A DNA stretch of 64,000 nt from the NCBI GenBank assembly GCA_965112155.1, contig OZ218104.1. One strand, given 5' to 3'. This DNA is from Podarcis liolepis. Taxonomy: Eukaryota. The translations under genes were made by a program, and so were the position numbers. This document shows, piece by piece, positions 1 to 13,865 of the stretch. Below the pieces are notes generated by a model. The model did no database searches, was not told where the DNA came from, and saw only the letters and a program-made list of their open reading frames with translations. Each line of letters begins with the position of its first letter. Position 1 is the stretch's first letter.

Positions 1-691
1 GAAATACCAAGAGAGACTAGACATGATCCCATACAATGCAGTGCACACATTCCTTCCCTTCACTCTCTTTGACCGGGTGTAATCAACTGTGCAGATGGAC
101 TATACTAATCCGCATTGAACTCCATTAGCATTTCAACTTTGTGTTTGCATGTTTGTATGTTTAAAAAACCTTGTTCCTAACCCAGTTGGCATCCATCGAG
201 AGTTCCCAGTTCCTCCGATCTCATGAGATACAAAAAGAGAGTTGGGGGCGGGGGAAGCAACAGGTGGAAATAATCTGGGGGGAAATGTATGTATGTTTGC
301 TAATTGGAGAACAATGGGAATTGACAATCCAGAACCTTGTACATTTCTATCTAATCTGGGACCTCTCTTTCCTCCCCTCCCCTCCCCTCTTAAAAGGCAT
401 AAGCATTGCATCCGGAGCTCTTGACATCTGGGAAGATAAGATACCCTTGCTGCATGAGAACCCTTGACAAGCAATATGGTCACGTCTCACAGAGGCCAGG
501 AAATTGCTGTTATTGGTTTTGCCTCAATCATTTGGTGAGAAATCTCTACCCTTTGTTCTCTCAAAACCAGTGACTGCCATCACTTTTAGACGAGACTACA
601 CCAGTGCTCTTTTTCCAGGGCTGCCCTTGATAGCTCTTTGGAAATGTCAATATGTGCAAAACACTGTGAACGACCTTCTGATGGAGTAGGA

Positions 692-830
692 TCAGCCTTC
701 CCCAACCTGATGTCTCTCAGGTGTTATGAACTACAATTGTCATCAGCCCCGGCCAGCACAGTAAATGGTCAGGGATTATGAGAGTTGTAGTCCAACACTA
801 TGCATTGGGCACCAATATGGTGCAGGCCGG
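692..830. mobile_element. Dispersed short hAT-like MITE (ACTACAACTCCCATCA family). Further copies near 2130, 3090, 12850, 13160, 15990, 18900, 21500, 37010 and 38000
   Basis: Recurrent imperfect inverted pair gactacaactcccatca ... tgatgggagttgtagtc across the window. Confidence 0.6.
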
Positions 831-2529
831 AGTCTTTCACTGGAAGCACATTACACCAAAAAAACCCTCTATTGCTGCTAGGTTCAGTTCAAGGAGCTGG
901 TGCTGAACTACATAAAAGCCATAAAGTCACAAGAACTATCTCTACCACTCTGTCCTAACTAGCTTCTGAGATTAACTGGAAATAGACTAGTATCCCAAGT
1001 TTGATGAGAAGGACACACAGAGAGACACACTTAGTTACTATCCCTTAAATTAATAATTTTCTTTCCCTGGAGGCTAAAGCCTGAGCCTATGTATCTTCCA
1101 GAAGAAAGAGAGAGAGAGAGACAGAGAGAGAGAGGAAAAAAAATATGTATATATATACTGAAACTGGCTTTTGGTGACAAAAGATAAAGCGATAGGCTGC
1201 AATCATTAACATATTGTTACTATTGCTTGATTGCTTGTTGCATTTATATCCCACCTTTCCTCTAAGGAACTCAAGCTGGCATACATGGTGCTCCTCCAGG
1301 ATAAGAGACTTGTATATCCCCCTGCCTTTTCCTCCTTCCTCCAAATGGAATTCCCTCCAAAGAAGAGGACAGTAATTTTGTTTTCTGGGCTATTTTGCCT
1401 TTGGTGTGTTATGGTAATCAGGCATGAATTTTCCCTTCTAATAATTGTTTATTATTTATCATTATACTATATAATAAATAATAATTTATTATATGGAAAT
1501 AGTACTTCCTTTTGATGGCTTTAAAAGAGGATTGGGAGATACAGATTCAGTGGCTAGTAGCTAGCATGTCTCTGAATACAAGTCATTGGGAATCACAAGT
1601 GAGGAGTGTGCTCTTGGGCTTGTGTCCTGCTTCTGAGCTTCCCATTGGCATCTGTTTGGTGACTGTGAAAACAGGGTGCTGGACTAAAATGGTAGGCTTG
1701 CCATACATCAGGAAAATTCATGACATGCCCAGGTCTTTGGGTGTAAAAATGGCATCGGGGGGAATTTTGCCCAATCAGGAAACCCAGATGTATGGGAAAA
1801 GCAGGGGAATCAGCTCCAAAAGCTTAAAATCACAATGGGGTGTGTTCCCCAAAAAGCTCAACACTTTTGGTGGGTTTCTTTCAAAGAGCTCCCTGATTCA
1901 ATGTTACCTTTCAAAAAGTCACCTCAGTTGAAGATTCAGTAATGCACAGGTACATTTAATTTTAATTGATACACCAGTTGATGGGTTAAGGGACAAGTGG
2001 TTTGTCAACTAACATCTACTCAAAAGTAAGCCTCATTACATTTGGTGGTGCTCACCCCCATGGTTATAGGGATAAGACTGCAGCCTAAATAGTCACATTT
2101 ATTGGGCCAGATTCTCCACCTCAGACTCAGCCATCTTGGCCAATGGTCAGGGATGATGGGAATTGTAGTTCAGCAACTTGGCTGGAGCACATGTTTCCCA
2201 TTCCTGCCTTAAAAGATCCTCATGTATAGGGACACAGGATGTGGCAGGATCAGTCCCTATAACTTTCTTTTGTTCTGGGGGAAAAAAACCTCTCCTAAAC
2301 CATTGTTTTTAGAGTAAACAAGTCCGGGGGGGGGGGGCATAAGCATCTACAACGCTCTGTCTTTTATATATCTATAGCCAAGATCTTCTGACAAATTTTA
2401 ATCATTGTACTTAATGAATGTGTGGAGAGTGTCTTTCCTTTGGAAAAGACCAATCTGGCTGAACCCATTAGTTTATTTTGATTATTAAATCTGAAGACCT
2501 CCCCTTCCTACACGCCTAGTCCTTTTCAT

Positions 2530-2900
2530 ATTAGTTCCGCATCAGTCTGATTTTTAATCAAAACAGTATTCAGAATATGATTCCGAAAGATTATATTTTG
2601 AGAGATTTGCGATACATATCTTGCCGGTATGACAGATTGCAGGGAGGTCTGAGATAGCTGGATAATCTGCAGCAAGGCTCGCTTGACCTTTAATAAAAGG
2701 AGAATTGAAAGGAGTGGGGTGGGTGGGGGAATAAATGCAAATCTTAAAAGACTCCTGATAGGTCACCTTAATTCCATTCCTGGCGCTTAAAACCACACCG
2801 GCTGCATTCTTAAGGGTGTCTTGCAATCAGCGCTTTCTGATTTAATCTTCCTAATGTAAATTGGTAGGGTTGGAATTGTACCAAGCAGTAGTAGCAATTT
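2530..2900. promoter_or_regulatory. Candidate conserved non-coding element downstream of IRX6
   Basis: Repeat-free with retained CpGs. Motifs include TGACCTTT (nuclear-receptor half site), GGTCA, TAATT and TGATTTAATC. Conservation not tested. Confidence 0.4.
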
Positions 2901-4064
2901 GGAAAGGTTGATCAAAACAAAACTTTTAACAATGCATGGCATGCCACAAAAGCTGAAGGAAGCCAAGAGGTGGGAGATGTTAGGCCTGAGGGCCAAATGT
3001 GGCCCTCCAAGCCTCTCCATCTGGCCCTGGGAAGTCCCCTTACACTACACCCCATTCATACATCCTCCTCCTAGACAAGTGATGGCCCTTCAGCTGTTTT
3101 TCGACTACAACTCACATCATCCCTAGCTAACAGGACCAGTGATCAGGGATGATGGGCATTGTAGTCCCAAGTTTGGCCATCACTGTCCTAGACCATGCCC
3201 TTCACTGGCAACTGCTCACCCTTTAAAAGAGGAGCACCTTGTTTCTACCTCTGTCTTTAGTCACTAAAGATAAAGTCAGGCTTCAACAACCTGGTGCCCT
3301 CTACACATTTTGTACTACAATTCTAATCAGCCCCAGCCAGTACTGGACAGCTGAAAGAGGTGAGCAAGAGCCTAAAACCAAGCATCAGGAGCTGAACAGG
3401 AGCTGGTTCAGGATCTGAACCAAGGAACATAGTAGAACCAGGAAGACCTTATTGCTTAGGCCAAATCCCAGACCAAACAGGGGGACCTTCAAAGCCCAGT
3501 GACCAACATGGGTCCAGAACCAGAGAGGACTTGATTGTCCTGGAAGATAATAAAACTTAAGCTCTGTTGGTTGGTGGTGGTTGCTGCCCATTGGGACCAG
3601 TTGGCTGATGGGTGGTATGGCCAATGGTAAGTAGAGCCAAAGTCAATGACAAGCAGAGTTACCAAGTTCAGCGTCTTTCTTTGTCCCTCCTCTAATGCCA
3701 ACACAAGACTAAAGAGGAGGAAGCTGACAGCCCAGTGCTACCTTCTGGCCTAGATTTAAGTAAGAAGGCAGGCAGGTGGTGGCTGACTGAGAGCAGATTG
3801 AGGCTGTTAGGGCAGTGCCCCATTCATCCAAATGCACCAACCCCCATTGGACCCATGACAAATGCACACACAGCTAAGATTTTTTAGTTCCAACTCTGAC
3901 AGTTCATGACAATGCATAATATTTACATTAAGCAGGTGTGTGTGTGTGTGTGTGTGTGTGTACATACATGTTTGTGAAATTATTACAGAATGAAGAAAGA
4001 TTCAGTTGGTCTGAAACAACATTCCAGATTAGGATCTTCTAAACCATTCCATTCCAAGTAGTTA

Positions 4065-4806
4065 CATCACCTTGTCAACAAAGGTCCGTATAGTAAAAGC
4101 TATGGTTTTCCTGTTGTCTTTGTTCTTGGCAGGGATACTGGAGTGGCTTGCCGGTTCCTGCTCCAGGTGGATCACGTTTGGTCCAAACTCTCCACTATGA
4201 CCTGTTCATCTTGGGTGCCCTGCTCAGCATAGTTCATAGCTTCTCTGAGTTATTCAAGCCCCTTCGCCACGGCAAGGCAGTGATCCATGAAGGGGAGGCA
4301 GTGATCCATGAAGGAAGGACAGATCGTGAAGCTGAGGCTCCAATACTTTGGCCACCTCATGAGAAGAGAAGACTCCCTGGAAAAGACCCTGATGCTGGGA
4401 AAGATGGAAGGCACAAGGAGAAGGGGACGACAGAGGACGAGATGGTTTGATAGTGTCTTTGAAGCTACCAGCATGAGTTTGACCAAACTGCGGGAGGCAG
4501 TGGAAGGCAGGAATGCCTGGCGTGCTCTGGTCCATGGGGTCACGAAGAGTCGGACATGACTAAACGATCATGTTTAGACCACTAAACAACAACAACAACA
4601 TGGTTTTCCTAGTAGTGATGTATGGAAGTGAAAGCTGGACCATAAAGAAGGCTGATCACTGAAGAATTTATGCTTTTGAATTATGGTGCTGGAGGAGACT
4701 CTTGAGAGTCCCATGGACTGCAAGAAGATCAAACCTATCCATTCTTAAGGAAATCAGCCCTGAGTGCTCACTGGAAGGACAGATCGTGAAGCTGAGGCTC
4801 CAATAC
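4065..4806 (+). mobile_element. RTE-BovB LINE fragments, nested or rearranged
   Basis: ORF 4308..4559 (EGQIVKLRLQYFGHLMRREDSLEKTLMLGKMEG.RRRGRQR.RW) is the BovB ORF C-terminus, followed by a (CAA)n tail. The inner piece 4113-4599 is flanked by direct repeat ATGGTTTTCCT (4102-4112, 4600-4610). Confidence 0.9.
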
Positions 4807-7800
4807 ACTATTTGTTTTTCCCCAGCTGATTTGTGGACCATATATTGTCTTTCTTTAACTTAGTGAGTTATTCCAGTCAGTCATGGATCACATACTGGTT
4901 GGGATGACATCATAATGCTATCTGGCCATTCAGAACTAGCTACCTGCTGACATTTCTATGGGCAAATGAAGCCAACCAGAGTGTGGACAATGTTTCTCCT
5001 ACCAAGCATGGGGTGATCTTAGCCTATCAGCGATTATTCCAACAGTGCAGTCATAAGACACAAGTCTCACAGGGTTCAATAGAACTGACTCCTAGGTAAA
5101 TTTGTATAGTATTGCAGGCTCAGAGCCAACTATTTAGCCCATTGTCATGACCTGCCCCATCCCCCAAACTGAAAGTAAATGAGCCTCTTGATTCTGAAAG
5201 GTTTGGGGCAAAAACTTTCTGCAGTACTAATTCTGAACATAGTAGTACCTGCAAGAGGATTTTGTTTTTTAAAAAAGGAGCAGACCTTCAAACTGGATGC
5301 ATGAGCAATTCAAATCAAAACCATGCAGAACAGAAGTAGGATGTTCTTCAACACAGACACTGCCTTAGCTAGACAGCATAAACATGTTTGTAGTGCCAGT
5401 GCTGTCAGCACTTTGAGAAACTTGTTATCCACTACCAAAAATGCCCAGATATAAGTTGTATGCTTTAATATATCTGGGCAAGAATAGACAAGAACGATTT
5501 TAATGAATGCATTGATCAAGTCAACACTATACAAAGTAGCCTAGTTGGGGTGGTGTTGGAATTCAGACAACCCCAAGGCATTGAGAAAACACATGAGAGA
5601 ATTGTGGGGCCATGCAGCTGAGCCCCATTTCTGCTTCAGCCTCTCACACACCATCAAATGTACTTTAAATACGTATGCATGATTTGAATCTTTCTAGAGA
5701 ATAGTTGCTTTGAATTTGTGTTTGTTTTGTCCTACAAAACCAAATCCTTGGATTGTGCAGTTGTGGTTCTATAGAGCGAGCCATGACAAAAAGCTACCTC
5801 CTTCACCAAACTATCTCTTCCTGCATTCATCAGTCCAAAGTTACTTTAGTACCTCTTCACCTGCTTTGGTGGCTATGTTTTCCTTTTCTTTAATTTCCCA
5901 TTGAAAGATCCCAGCCAATCAGGGATCACGTACACTGAAATAACGATCTTAGCCTGGTGGATACCGCTGGTCTTGGTCCTGAGAGACCTACATCTACCGG
6001 CAGTGGTTTCCAGCTCCTCGCTAAATGATTTGTAGGAACCGAAAGAGCAGCTCGATTGAATACAGGGATGTACCTGGAGTCTCTTCTGGAAAGGGAAGGG
6101 GAGGAGAAACCAAGAAAGCTGCCTTGCAAAAGCCCCTGAATGGGCCTAATACTCTTTATTACAAGCACTAATCCTTCAAATCCGACTTGAAATAATGTTT
6201 ATCTTTTCACAGCTTAATTTCTTTGCCTCTAAGCTGCAGGTCACCCCGCCAGCTTGTGCTGCTTCTTCCTTGATCTCCTGGGCTTACCCAAGAAGGATGC
6301 AAGAAAAGGACATGATAACAGACAGGAAGATATCATATTCATATATATATGAATATACATATATGACCAAGGATTGAGCTAGATTTATATTAGGGAATGT
6401 GCATCATGCACATCAAATGTGCACATATGGCACACATAACCAAATGGTCTCTTGTAGCAGTCCTCAATCATCCAAAAGGTATTCACAAGAACAGTCACTC
6501 TTATAAACTCTTACATTTTGCTCTTGGGAAGAAGTGATTCACACATGCCTGCATTTGTTCCACTCAATGAGTTCTTGCAGGACCAGTGAGCTGCCTCTGT
6601 TAAAGAGGGTCATGCTTGAGGTGATGCCGGATGCTGTGAATGCTCTGTCAGTGGTGGTTGATGATCTGTGATGACTGTTTTCACTCATGCAAGCCAATGC
6701 TTGCACTTACCATGGGCTAAGCCACATCTTCCTTTTTCAGTCCTGAGCCATTTTAGCATGTCACCAGATAGCAGAAAGGGAATAAATGAGTCAGGCCTCC
6801 TGGGGCAGCAAGTTCCACAGCAAAGGCCCTGTCCTTGAACCTAGTCTACCACACCCTAGATAGTGGAGGGATGTATGCAAGATCACATGGTCAGAGGCAA
6901 TCCTTTCACCTGACTTCACAAGGCAAACCTGTGGATTCAGCTTGTTCACAATGAGCCACAAAATGCTGAGTTGAAAAATCAAGTTCTCTACATACCAAGT
7001 CACATACAGGCATTCACACAGGATACTCTGTGCTAGTCCTTCCCCTTTGCTAACTACATGCATGCCAGCAACATCTTCCCTGAAACATAAAAGACACTTC
7101 AACCAACATGGGGCTTCCTCCAAGAGGCTAGCAACACTAGCCAACTAAGGTCCCTCTCCCTGTGGGGGGAAGTCTATCTACACTGCAGTGACTACAGACT
7201 GAGCCATTCATGCACCAGCTGGTACATGTTGCCAGCACACATGGCATTGTTGAGGGTGGAGGACTAGCCTATGCATTCCCACCAGCTCCTACATGCATTT
7301 GGTACCCACAGGTACTGAATGCTTGAATATGGCTCAAGTGTTAACTAATTCCAAAGGATAACTGGATGACCATTATGAATTGAGTTTTTGACAACTGGAG
7401 GAGGTAAAATAAGTCTATACTCTTTTTTAACTTATTGAATTGTTTGCATATGAAAGTTTTGCCAGAGTAGGAACCACAAAGAAAAGGAGCAAGACTGGTT
7501 AGGTTTATGTACAGCAATTCTGTTGCAGTCTTTTAAACTTTGCTTTCCAGTGTGACCCCCCCCCCCCAATTTCCCTCAGAATGTCTTTATCACAAGAGGC
7601 AAAGCCCAGTGTGACTCATGGGCAACAACCCTACAAATCAACTAGTGTGCCTGAAATTTAGAGACCTTTCACTGAAATCTGTGGGTCTTCCTTCAAGTGT
7701 AATGGGTTTATGATTCCAGGGCAAATCCCTTTCAATCCTAGGATAGGTTCACTCAGGCATGTTCCTCACAATCACTGCAGAATCAGCAGAGGGTTTGCCT

Positions 7801-9299
7801 AGCAGAATGACTTTGTCATAGTCCTAGCATCACTCCATATCACCCCAAACGACATGCTTTTCAGTGGAGATTGTTCACTCATTCAGCTACTAGTCACAAG
7901 TACTGTATTATCTTCCATATCAGAGAAGATATGGTTTCTGGACATCATGATTAGGCCATTGTTGCAATCATGACTTGCTTACAGGCTTCCTATAGGCATC
8001 TGGTTGCCCACTATGAGAGGAGAATGATGGACAAGATAGGCCTTTGGTCTGGTCCAACAAGGCTCTTCTAATTTTCTTAATTCAAGTTTGGATAACCAAG
8101 TGATTGTAAGCATGTGTTAATCAGTCCACAATAATATGAGTTTGGACCATAGACTGTATTGCCTCCCAAACCCCACACCTCCCTTCACCCCTAAGTTACT
8201 GCCCCTTTTTTTGCCTCGAATCCATGAATCAATCTTGACTCAATATCCTGGATTGATTGCACTGATTTATGAAAGCAGAATCCACTGGGCTTTATTGATC
8301 ACAAATGACTTAATGTAAAATGTTGACCCTGTTGAACTTGGGGGAAAGCTGGTATTGGGTTGATCTACAGATGACCTCCTAATTAGCACAGTGATTAAAT
8401 TATGGGCATGGCTTCCAGTGACTGGGGGATGGGTGCGTGGATGGAACAAAGCCACATTCTTCCCTTTGCCTCTGTGTGGGTTATTAGTCTGTCGAGAAAG
8501 TGTTTTGTGACACTTTTAATTAAAACTGAAGAATGCAGAAGGGTTTGCTCCTTTCTGTCTCATCCTTGTCCAGTGCAGTGTTGCTCTTTTCACTGAATTA
8601 GGGATGATGACCCACTAACAATGGCCTACTTTGCCTGCTCCAGAACATGGTTATTCTCTCCCGGAAGGAAGTGTCATAGTCTCTTTCAACAAGCCAGACA
8701 CATATTCAAAGGAGTGGGATCTCCTGTGCCCAGACCCGAATACAGACTGTAGGACCAACCAGCTGTCCAAGGTCCTGAAATCCAGTGTCGGACCAGGTTT
8801 CTTGTCCTACTCTGTGACCTATGCACATTATGAACGCTTAGTCTGTTGTCCCTATAATTCTAAAGGACAGGAAAGAAGAAAGGACCTCACAGTGCAGTGA
8901 CAGAGCACATGCTTTCCATGCAGTGTAGTGCAGTATAGCAGTTGAATTCTAAACATTATACAATGTTAGACAAGCACCATGGAGACCCTGTTTCAACTCT
9001 CCCTTAAACTCACTGGTTGAGATTGGGCAAGTCACTCTCTCAGTCTGACCTGGTTCACAAGGTTGTTGAGAGGATAACATGCAGATGGAAGAAGTATATA
9101 TGCAGAGGATGGGAGAAAAATGTAACAAAATAAACAAATCTCCAGCAACTACAATCATTTCCAGTGTCAATAATGGGAGAGACCAAAGTTGGCATTACCA
9201 GATCAGATGGACAGTTACTCTTTTCCCTACATGAGTTGAATCCTGACAAGATGGAGGAACTGTTGGCGGGAGGTTCTAATGTCTGGGAATTTAATAATT

Positions 9300-9760
9300 G
9301 GCCTGTTCTATATGGGGTCACGCTCAAATGGTTTCAGTGGCTAGGATTGCCTTTTACCAGCTTTGGTTGGTTTGTCAGCTATAGCCACTTCCATATATAT
9401 ATATAGTCTAGCTACAGTTCTACATGCTCTGGTAACCTTGTGTCTGGGTTACTGTAACACACTGTATGTGGGGTTACCCTTTGAGACAGTTTGGAAACTT
9501 CAGCTTGTGCAAACTGTAGATAGTAGGGTGCTATCCTACAGCATCTGTGCAGGATCATGTCACACCTATTTTATGTGGTCTGCGTTAGTCCCCAAGTTTG
9601 TTAGTGAAGAGAAACATTACTGGGCAAAACCTAAGGTATTCATGTTGACATACAGAACCCTTAACATCCTGGGACTCCAGCAGTTGTTGGGTCCCTTATA
9701 CCAGGTAACCAGGGCCTTGAGGTTCTTACAATCATACCACTTTCCCCCCTAGGAGCTCAA
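9300..9760 (+). mobile_element. Degenerate L2-clade LINE ORF2 fragment
   Basis: Translation ATVLHALVTLCLGYCNTLYVGLPFETVWKLQLVQ resembles the L2 motif LVHALVTSRLDYCN.LY.GLP....KLQLVQN. Confidence 0.75.
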
Positions 9761-10984
9761 GGAGTATATGGTGCCCCCTCTCCCCCTTTTATCCTCACAA
9801 CAATCCAGCCCAAGACTGTCCCAAGGTCCCCCAGTGAGCTTCATGACTGAATTAGGATTTCAACCCTTGTCTCCCAGCTCTTATTCCAACAGTCTATTTG
9901 ACACACAACAGTGGCTCTTGTCCCATGGGCAGGGATTGTTTGCTGTATGGCAACATGAAACAGAGCCTTTTCTAGTGGCAGCCAGGCCACAGAATTGCCC
10001 ACTCTGCAACCCCAGAGTTGTCTGCAACTGGACTTAACTGTCAGGGGTCCCCTTTACCTTTACCTAGAGGTGAACTTAGCTATTGCATCAGTGGGCTTCT
10101 GGTGCCAAGTAAGAGCACACTTCTTCGTCCAGGCTTTTGGTGTTGCTGATTAGACTCTCCAAGATTTCAGAAATTGGGGTGTATTATACAGGCTGTTGTA
10201 TTTCTACCCTGTTTTCAATTGCTGATACATTATTATTATCATTATCATCACTGGTTTATCAACCATTTTCTAAACCTCTGCCTCAAAGTGATTTGCATAC
10301 AAAAGCGGTTAAAAACACAAAAACAACCAATACATTTAAAACAAGACCAAAACCCTAACAGGTAAACCCTTGTGGTAAACACCAATTTATCCATCTGGGA
10401 AAGCCTGTGGATACAAAAATGTCTTCAATTGTTTCTAGAAAGTTCAAATAGTGGATACCTATTGTATCTCAACAGGAATGCTCTTCCACAGAACAGGGGC
10501 AGCCACACTAAAAACTGCAATCTGAGTTCCTCCAGAGCAGGTTTCAGAGGCCTTTGGAACTTGCAGGAGAAGCTCTCCCACAAACTTTTATACATCTATT
10601 GCATGTATTAAAGATGTATAAAAGATAAGGCAGTCTCTCAAGTAACAAGCTCCTGAGCTATATAGGGATCTTTATGTTAGTACCAACACCAGCAGCAGAT
10701 TGTCAACTGGTACAAATCTTGCTAGTTGGCTGCTTTATTCTGATGGTAGTTTGCTGCCACAAACAACCTAGCTGCCACATTCTACACCAGAATTGATAGT
10801 TTATATTTTTATCTGCATTTTATTGATCTGTTTGCAAATTGCCCTGGGGTTTATTTGGATGAAGGGTGGTTGAGAAGTGCAATAAATAAATAGATGAGAA
10901 ATAAATAAAGTGCATGACAGCTTGGTATTGCTCTCTCACACACACGCACGCACACGGCTTTTTCAAGGTCACACTTCTGTTTTG

Positions 10985-11579
10985 ACAACATTCATTTGTT
11001 TGGTTTTTAATTAGAGACTTTAAAAAATACTTTCCCGTGATATCTTTGTACACGGACAGAAAATAACAGACTTGCATTTTGCACTACCGAAGAATCCCCT
11101 TCAGAGTACCAGACAACATGGCTGACAAATACCTCTTATTTAAAAAATAAAAAAGACAAAGGGGCTTTAAAAAGTGTCATTTTTGTTTGTTTTTGAAAGG
11201 ATGGAGGAAGAAAGAAGAACCCCCATATCCCACATAGATTTTTGAGGAACAAAGGAAGATTGAGCGATCTCTCAGTAACCATGTTGACAGCTTGCCTCTC
11301 ACAGAAGACAATGTAGGTCTATTACAGAAGCCAAAGCCTCCCCCAAAATCAGGATGCATTTTTTGAAACTTTTTTTTGAAACTTACTAGACATTACTAGT
11401 CCAATTATATATCTGGTGGCAAAATTCCGTGTGTGGGATGTGTTCATATAATGTAGCACAGACAAGACCCTACAGCTGCTTTCCTGGTTGGACTTCCTCT
11501 GGTGTCCCTTGAAAGTTGTGCATATATAATATCATCTCTTCTCTTCCATTACCATGAGAAGCTGTAGCTGCAGTTCATG
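10985..11579 (-). other. IRX6: Candidate IRX6 terminal exon 6 (G|CA TGA, protein ending ...GTEA*) and 3'UTR
   Basis: Long CT polypyrimidine tract ending ccctccaaag| at 11580. The phase-1 join gives Ala-stop (stop 11577-11575). ATTAAA on the minus strand at 11011-11006 is followed by a GT-rich tract. Mammalian IRX6 also ends in a very short exon (recalled). Not confirmed without RNA data. Confidence 0.5.
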
Positions 11580-11883
11580 CTTTGGAGGGTGTGGAGAGAA
11601 AGAGAGAGAGAGAGAGGAGAAACACACATACATACACACACAGAGAGAGAAAGGGAATTTGCATTGGGAATGACGGGTGTTCCTTCTGAAAGCCTGCAAG
11701 TTCCAATTCTTCTTGAGATGTTTCACCAGCATGCTGGATTTCATGAGCCTGAGAAAGAGAAAGGAGATCAGCACATCACCGGGCATTGAGTGAAAAATAT
11801 TCTTCATATTAATTAGATTTCTGAACTACCCAGGGCAGGTTACACTAACATAAAAGTACAAAATTAGAATCAGATAATAGAGT

Positions 11884-12213
11884 NNNNNNNNNNNNNNNNN
11901 NNNNNNNNNNNNNNNNNNNNNNNNNNNNNNNNNNNNNNNNNNNNNNNNNNNNNNNNNNNNNNNNNNNNNNNNNNNNNNNNNNNNNNNNNNNNNNNNNNNN
12001 NNNNNNNNNNNNNNNNNNNNNNNNNNNNNNNNNNNNNNNNNNNNNNNNNNNNNNNNNNNNNNNNNNNNNNNNNNNNNNNNNNNNNNNNNNNNNNNNNNNN
12101 NNNNNNNNNNNNNNNNNNNNNNNNNNNNNNNNNNNNNNNNNNNNNNNNNNNNNNNNNNNNNNNNNNNNNNNNNNNNNNNNNNNNNNNNNNNNNNNNNNNN
12201 NNNNNNNNNNNNN
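11884..12213. other. Assembly gap (330 N)
   Basis: Run of N in the putative last intron of IRX6. Confidence 0.99.
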
Positions 12214-12294
12214 AAGTACTAGGCAGTTTCCTATATGCCTAACAGACTAGCTGCCACTCTTCTGAGTCCATCTGGGTTTTTTATTTTTAGGGAA

Positions 12295-12445
12295 TACCCC
12301 AGATTCAATCCCCAGCATCTCCTGGTAGGGCTGAGAGAGACCCCTGTCTGAAACCCTTGAGAGCTGCAGTCAGTCAGTGTAGACAATACTGAGCTATGTG
12401 GATCAGTGGTCTGGCTCAGTTTAAGGCAACTTTCTATGTCTCAAT
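12295..12445 (+). mobile_element. tRNA-derived SINE (Squam3-type), 5'-truncated
   Basis: Shares ttcaatccc..catctcc..gggctg.gagagaccc..tctgaaaccct..cagtcagtgtagacaatactgagcta with the copy at 14562. Confidence 0.7.
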
Positions 12446-13589
12446 GAATTACAGATAAGGTACCTTTGGGGAAGGTGGAAATCCTAAACTGAGGCATTTC
12501 TCAGCAATCACAGCTTGCAGTATAAACTCTTCCGGCACTCACCTTTCTCACCTCTTCAGCACTGGCCTGAAAGCTGTTCTCAGTTTGTCTTTATGCTGAC
12601 CGAGACAGACTTCGCTTAGGTCTAGGGAACCTTGAGTGCCTCTCGTGTTTCTCCCAAACCCTGTTTTAACAAAAGAAAATGTTTGTTTGGGGTGTTGTTG
12701 TTTTAAAAAGAACCACCATATTTGATCAGAGTCAGTGGACAACTTTCCCCACTCTCTCCAACATTCCCAGATTTTGACTGCAAATGACTCCATAATCAAT
12801 ATGCTGGATCCAAATAGACTAGTGGAGGCATTACTTCAAAAAACAGGAGCCTGGAATTTTTGGACTTCCATCATCTCTCACCATTTGCCACGCTGGCTGA
12901 GGCAAATGGGAGTTTGAGTCCAACAATATTTGGAGGGCAATTGGTACTCCATCCCTGTGCTAACAGGCCACATGCTGCTCCAGTTGGTTCTCCCAACCCT
13001 CCAGAGCAATTATATTCTTGGTGGGCATGGGGAACTGCAGTGAAGCTGGTGAAAACTGCCACCTCTGCCCCACCATCACCTTTCTTAAGCAGGTGTCAGA
13101 ACTCCAGCATTGAGATATTTGAATGCAACTTATCCATTTCCCCCCTTGTCAGACCTTTGTTTCAGAACCTGTGGCATTCCAAATGTTTTGGGACTCCAAC
13201 CCACATCAGCCCAAGCCACATGAAGGGTTATAATCCAGCAACATATGGAGGACCACAAGCTCCCCATCCCTGCCTTATTTCTTTATATCCCCCAAATTAA
13301 ACTCTGGTTCCATGAGAAAACTGAAAGATTCCTGTGAGCCCATTCACAGAGGTTGCCCACTGTGCCTCTGAATGACTTCCTGTTCTGGCCTGGTTTTCTT
13401 CTCATTGGCCTCCATGTCAGGTGTGTGTGGCAGATTTTGCTGCATCTCTACACTGTATGAGATTGGATCATCCCAGCTCTGTCAACTCAGAGCTGCAGCC
13501 ATCAGAGTTAATCAGATGATATTATCAGAGCTGCAGTGGCAGAAGGAATGGTAAACTCACTTTCACGTGGAAGATAGAGCAAGCTTGTC

Positions 13590-13865
13590 TTCTGCTGCTC
13601 CAGAGGGTAGGACCCAAACCAATGGATTTGAATTACAAGAAAAGAAATTCTACCTAAACCGTAGGAAGAACTTTCTAATGGTAAGAGCTGTTCTACAGTG
13701 GAGCGGATTACCACAGATGGCAGTGGACTCTCCATAAAGAGGTTTCAAAATAGAGGGTGGGTGGCCATCTCTCAGGGATTCTTTAGCTGTGATTCCTGCA
13801 TTGCACAGGGTTTGGCTATATGGCCCTTGTAGGTCCCTTCCAATACTGCAGTTCTCTAATTTGAT
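13590..13865 (+). mobile_element. CR1 LINE 3' end
   Basis: ...aggaagaactttctaatggtaagagctgtt...gattcctgcattgcacagggtttgg...ggtcccttccaa... is a typical squamate CR1 3' terminus. A related copy lies at about 56210-56385. Confidence 0.8.

Noticed and set aside
5926-6100. Possible extra minus-strand exon after a strong polypyrimidine tract (about 6090)
   Set aside because: No homology to IRX6 or any protein I recognise in any phase, and it lies beyond the candidate poly(A) site.
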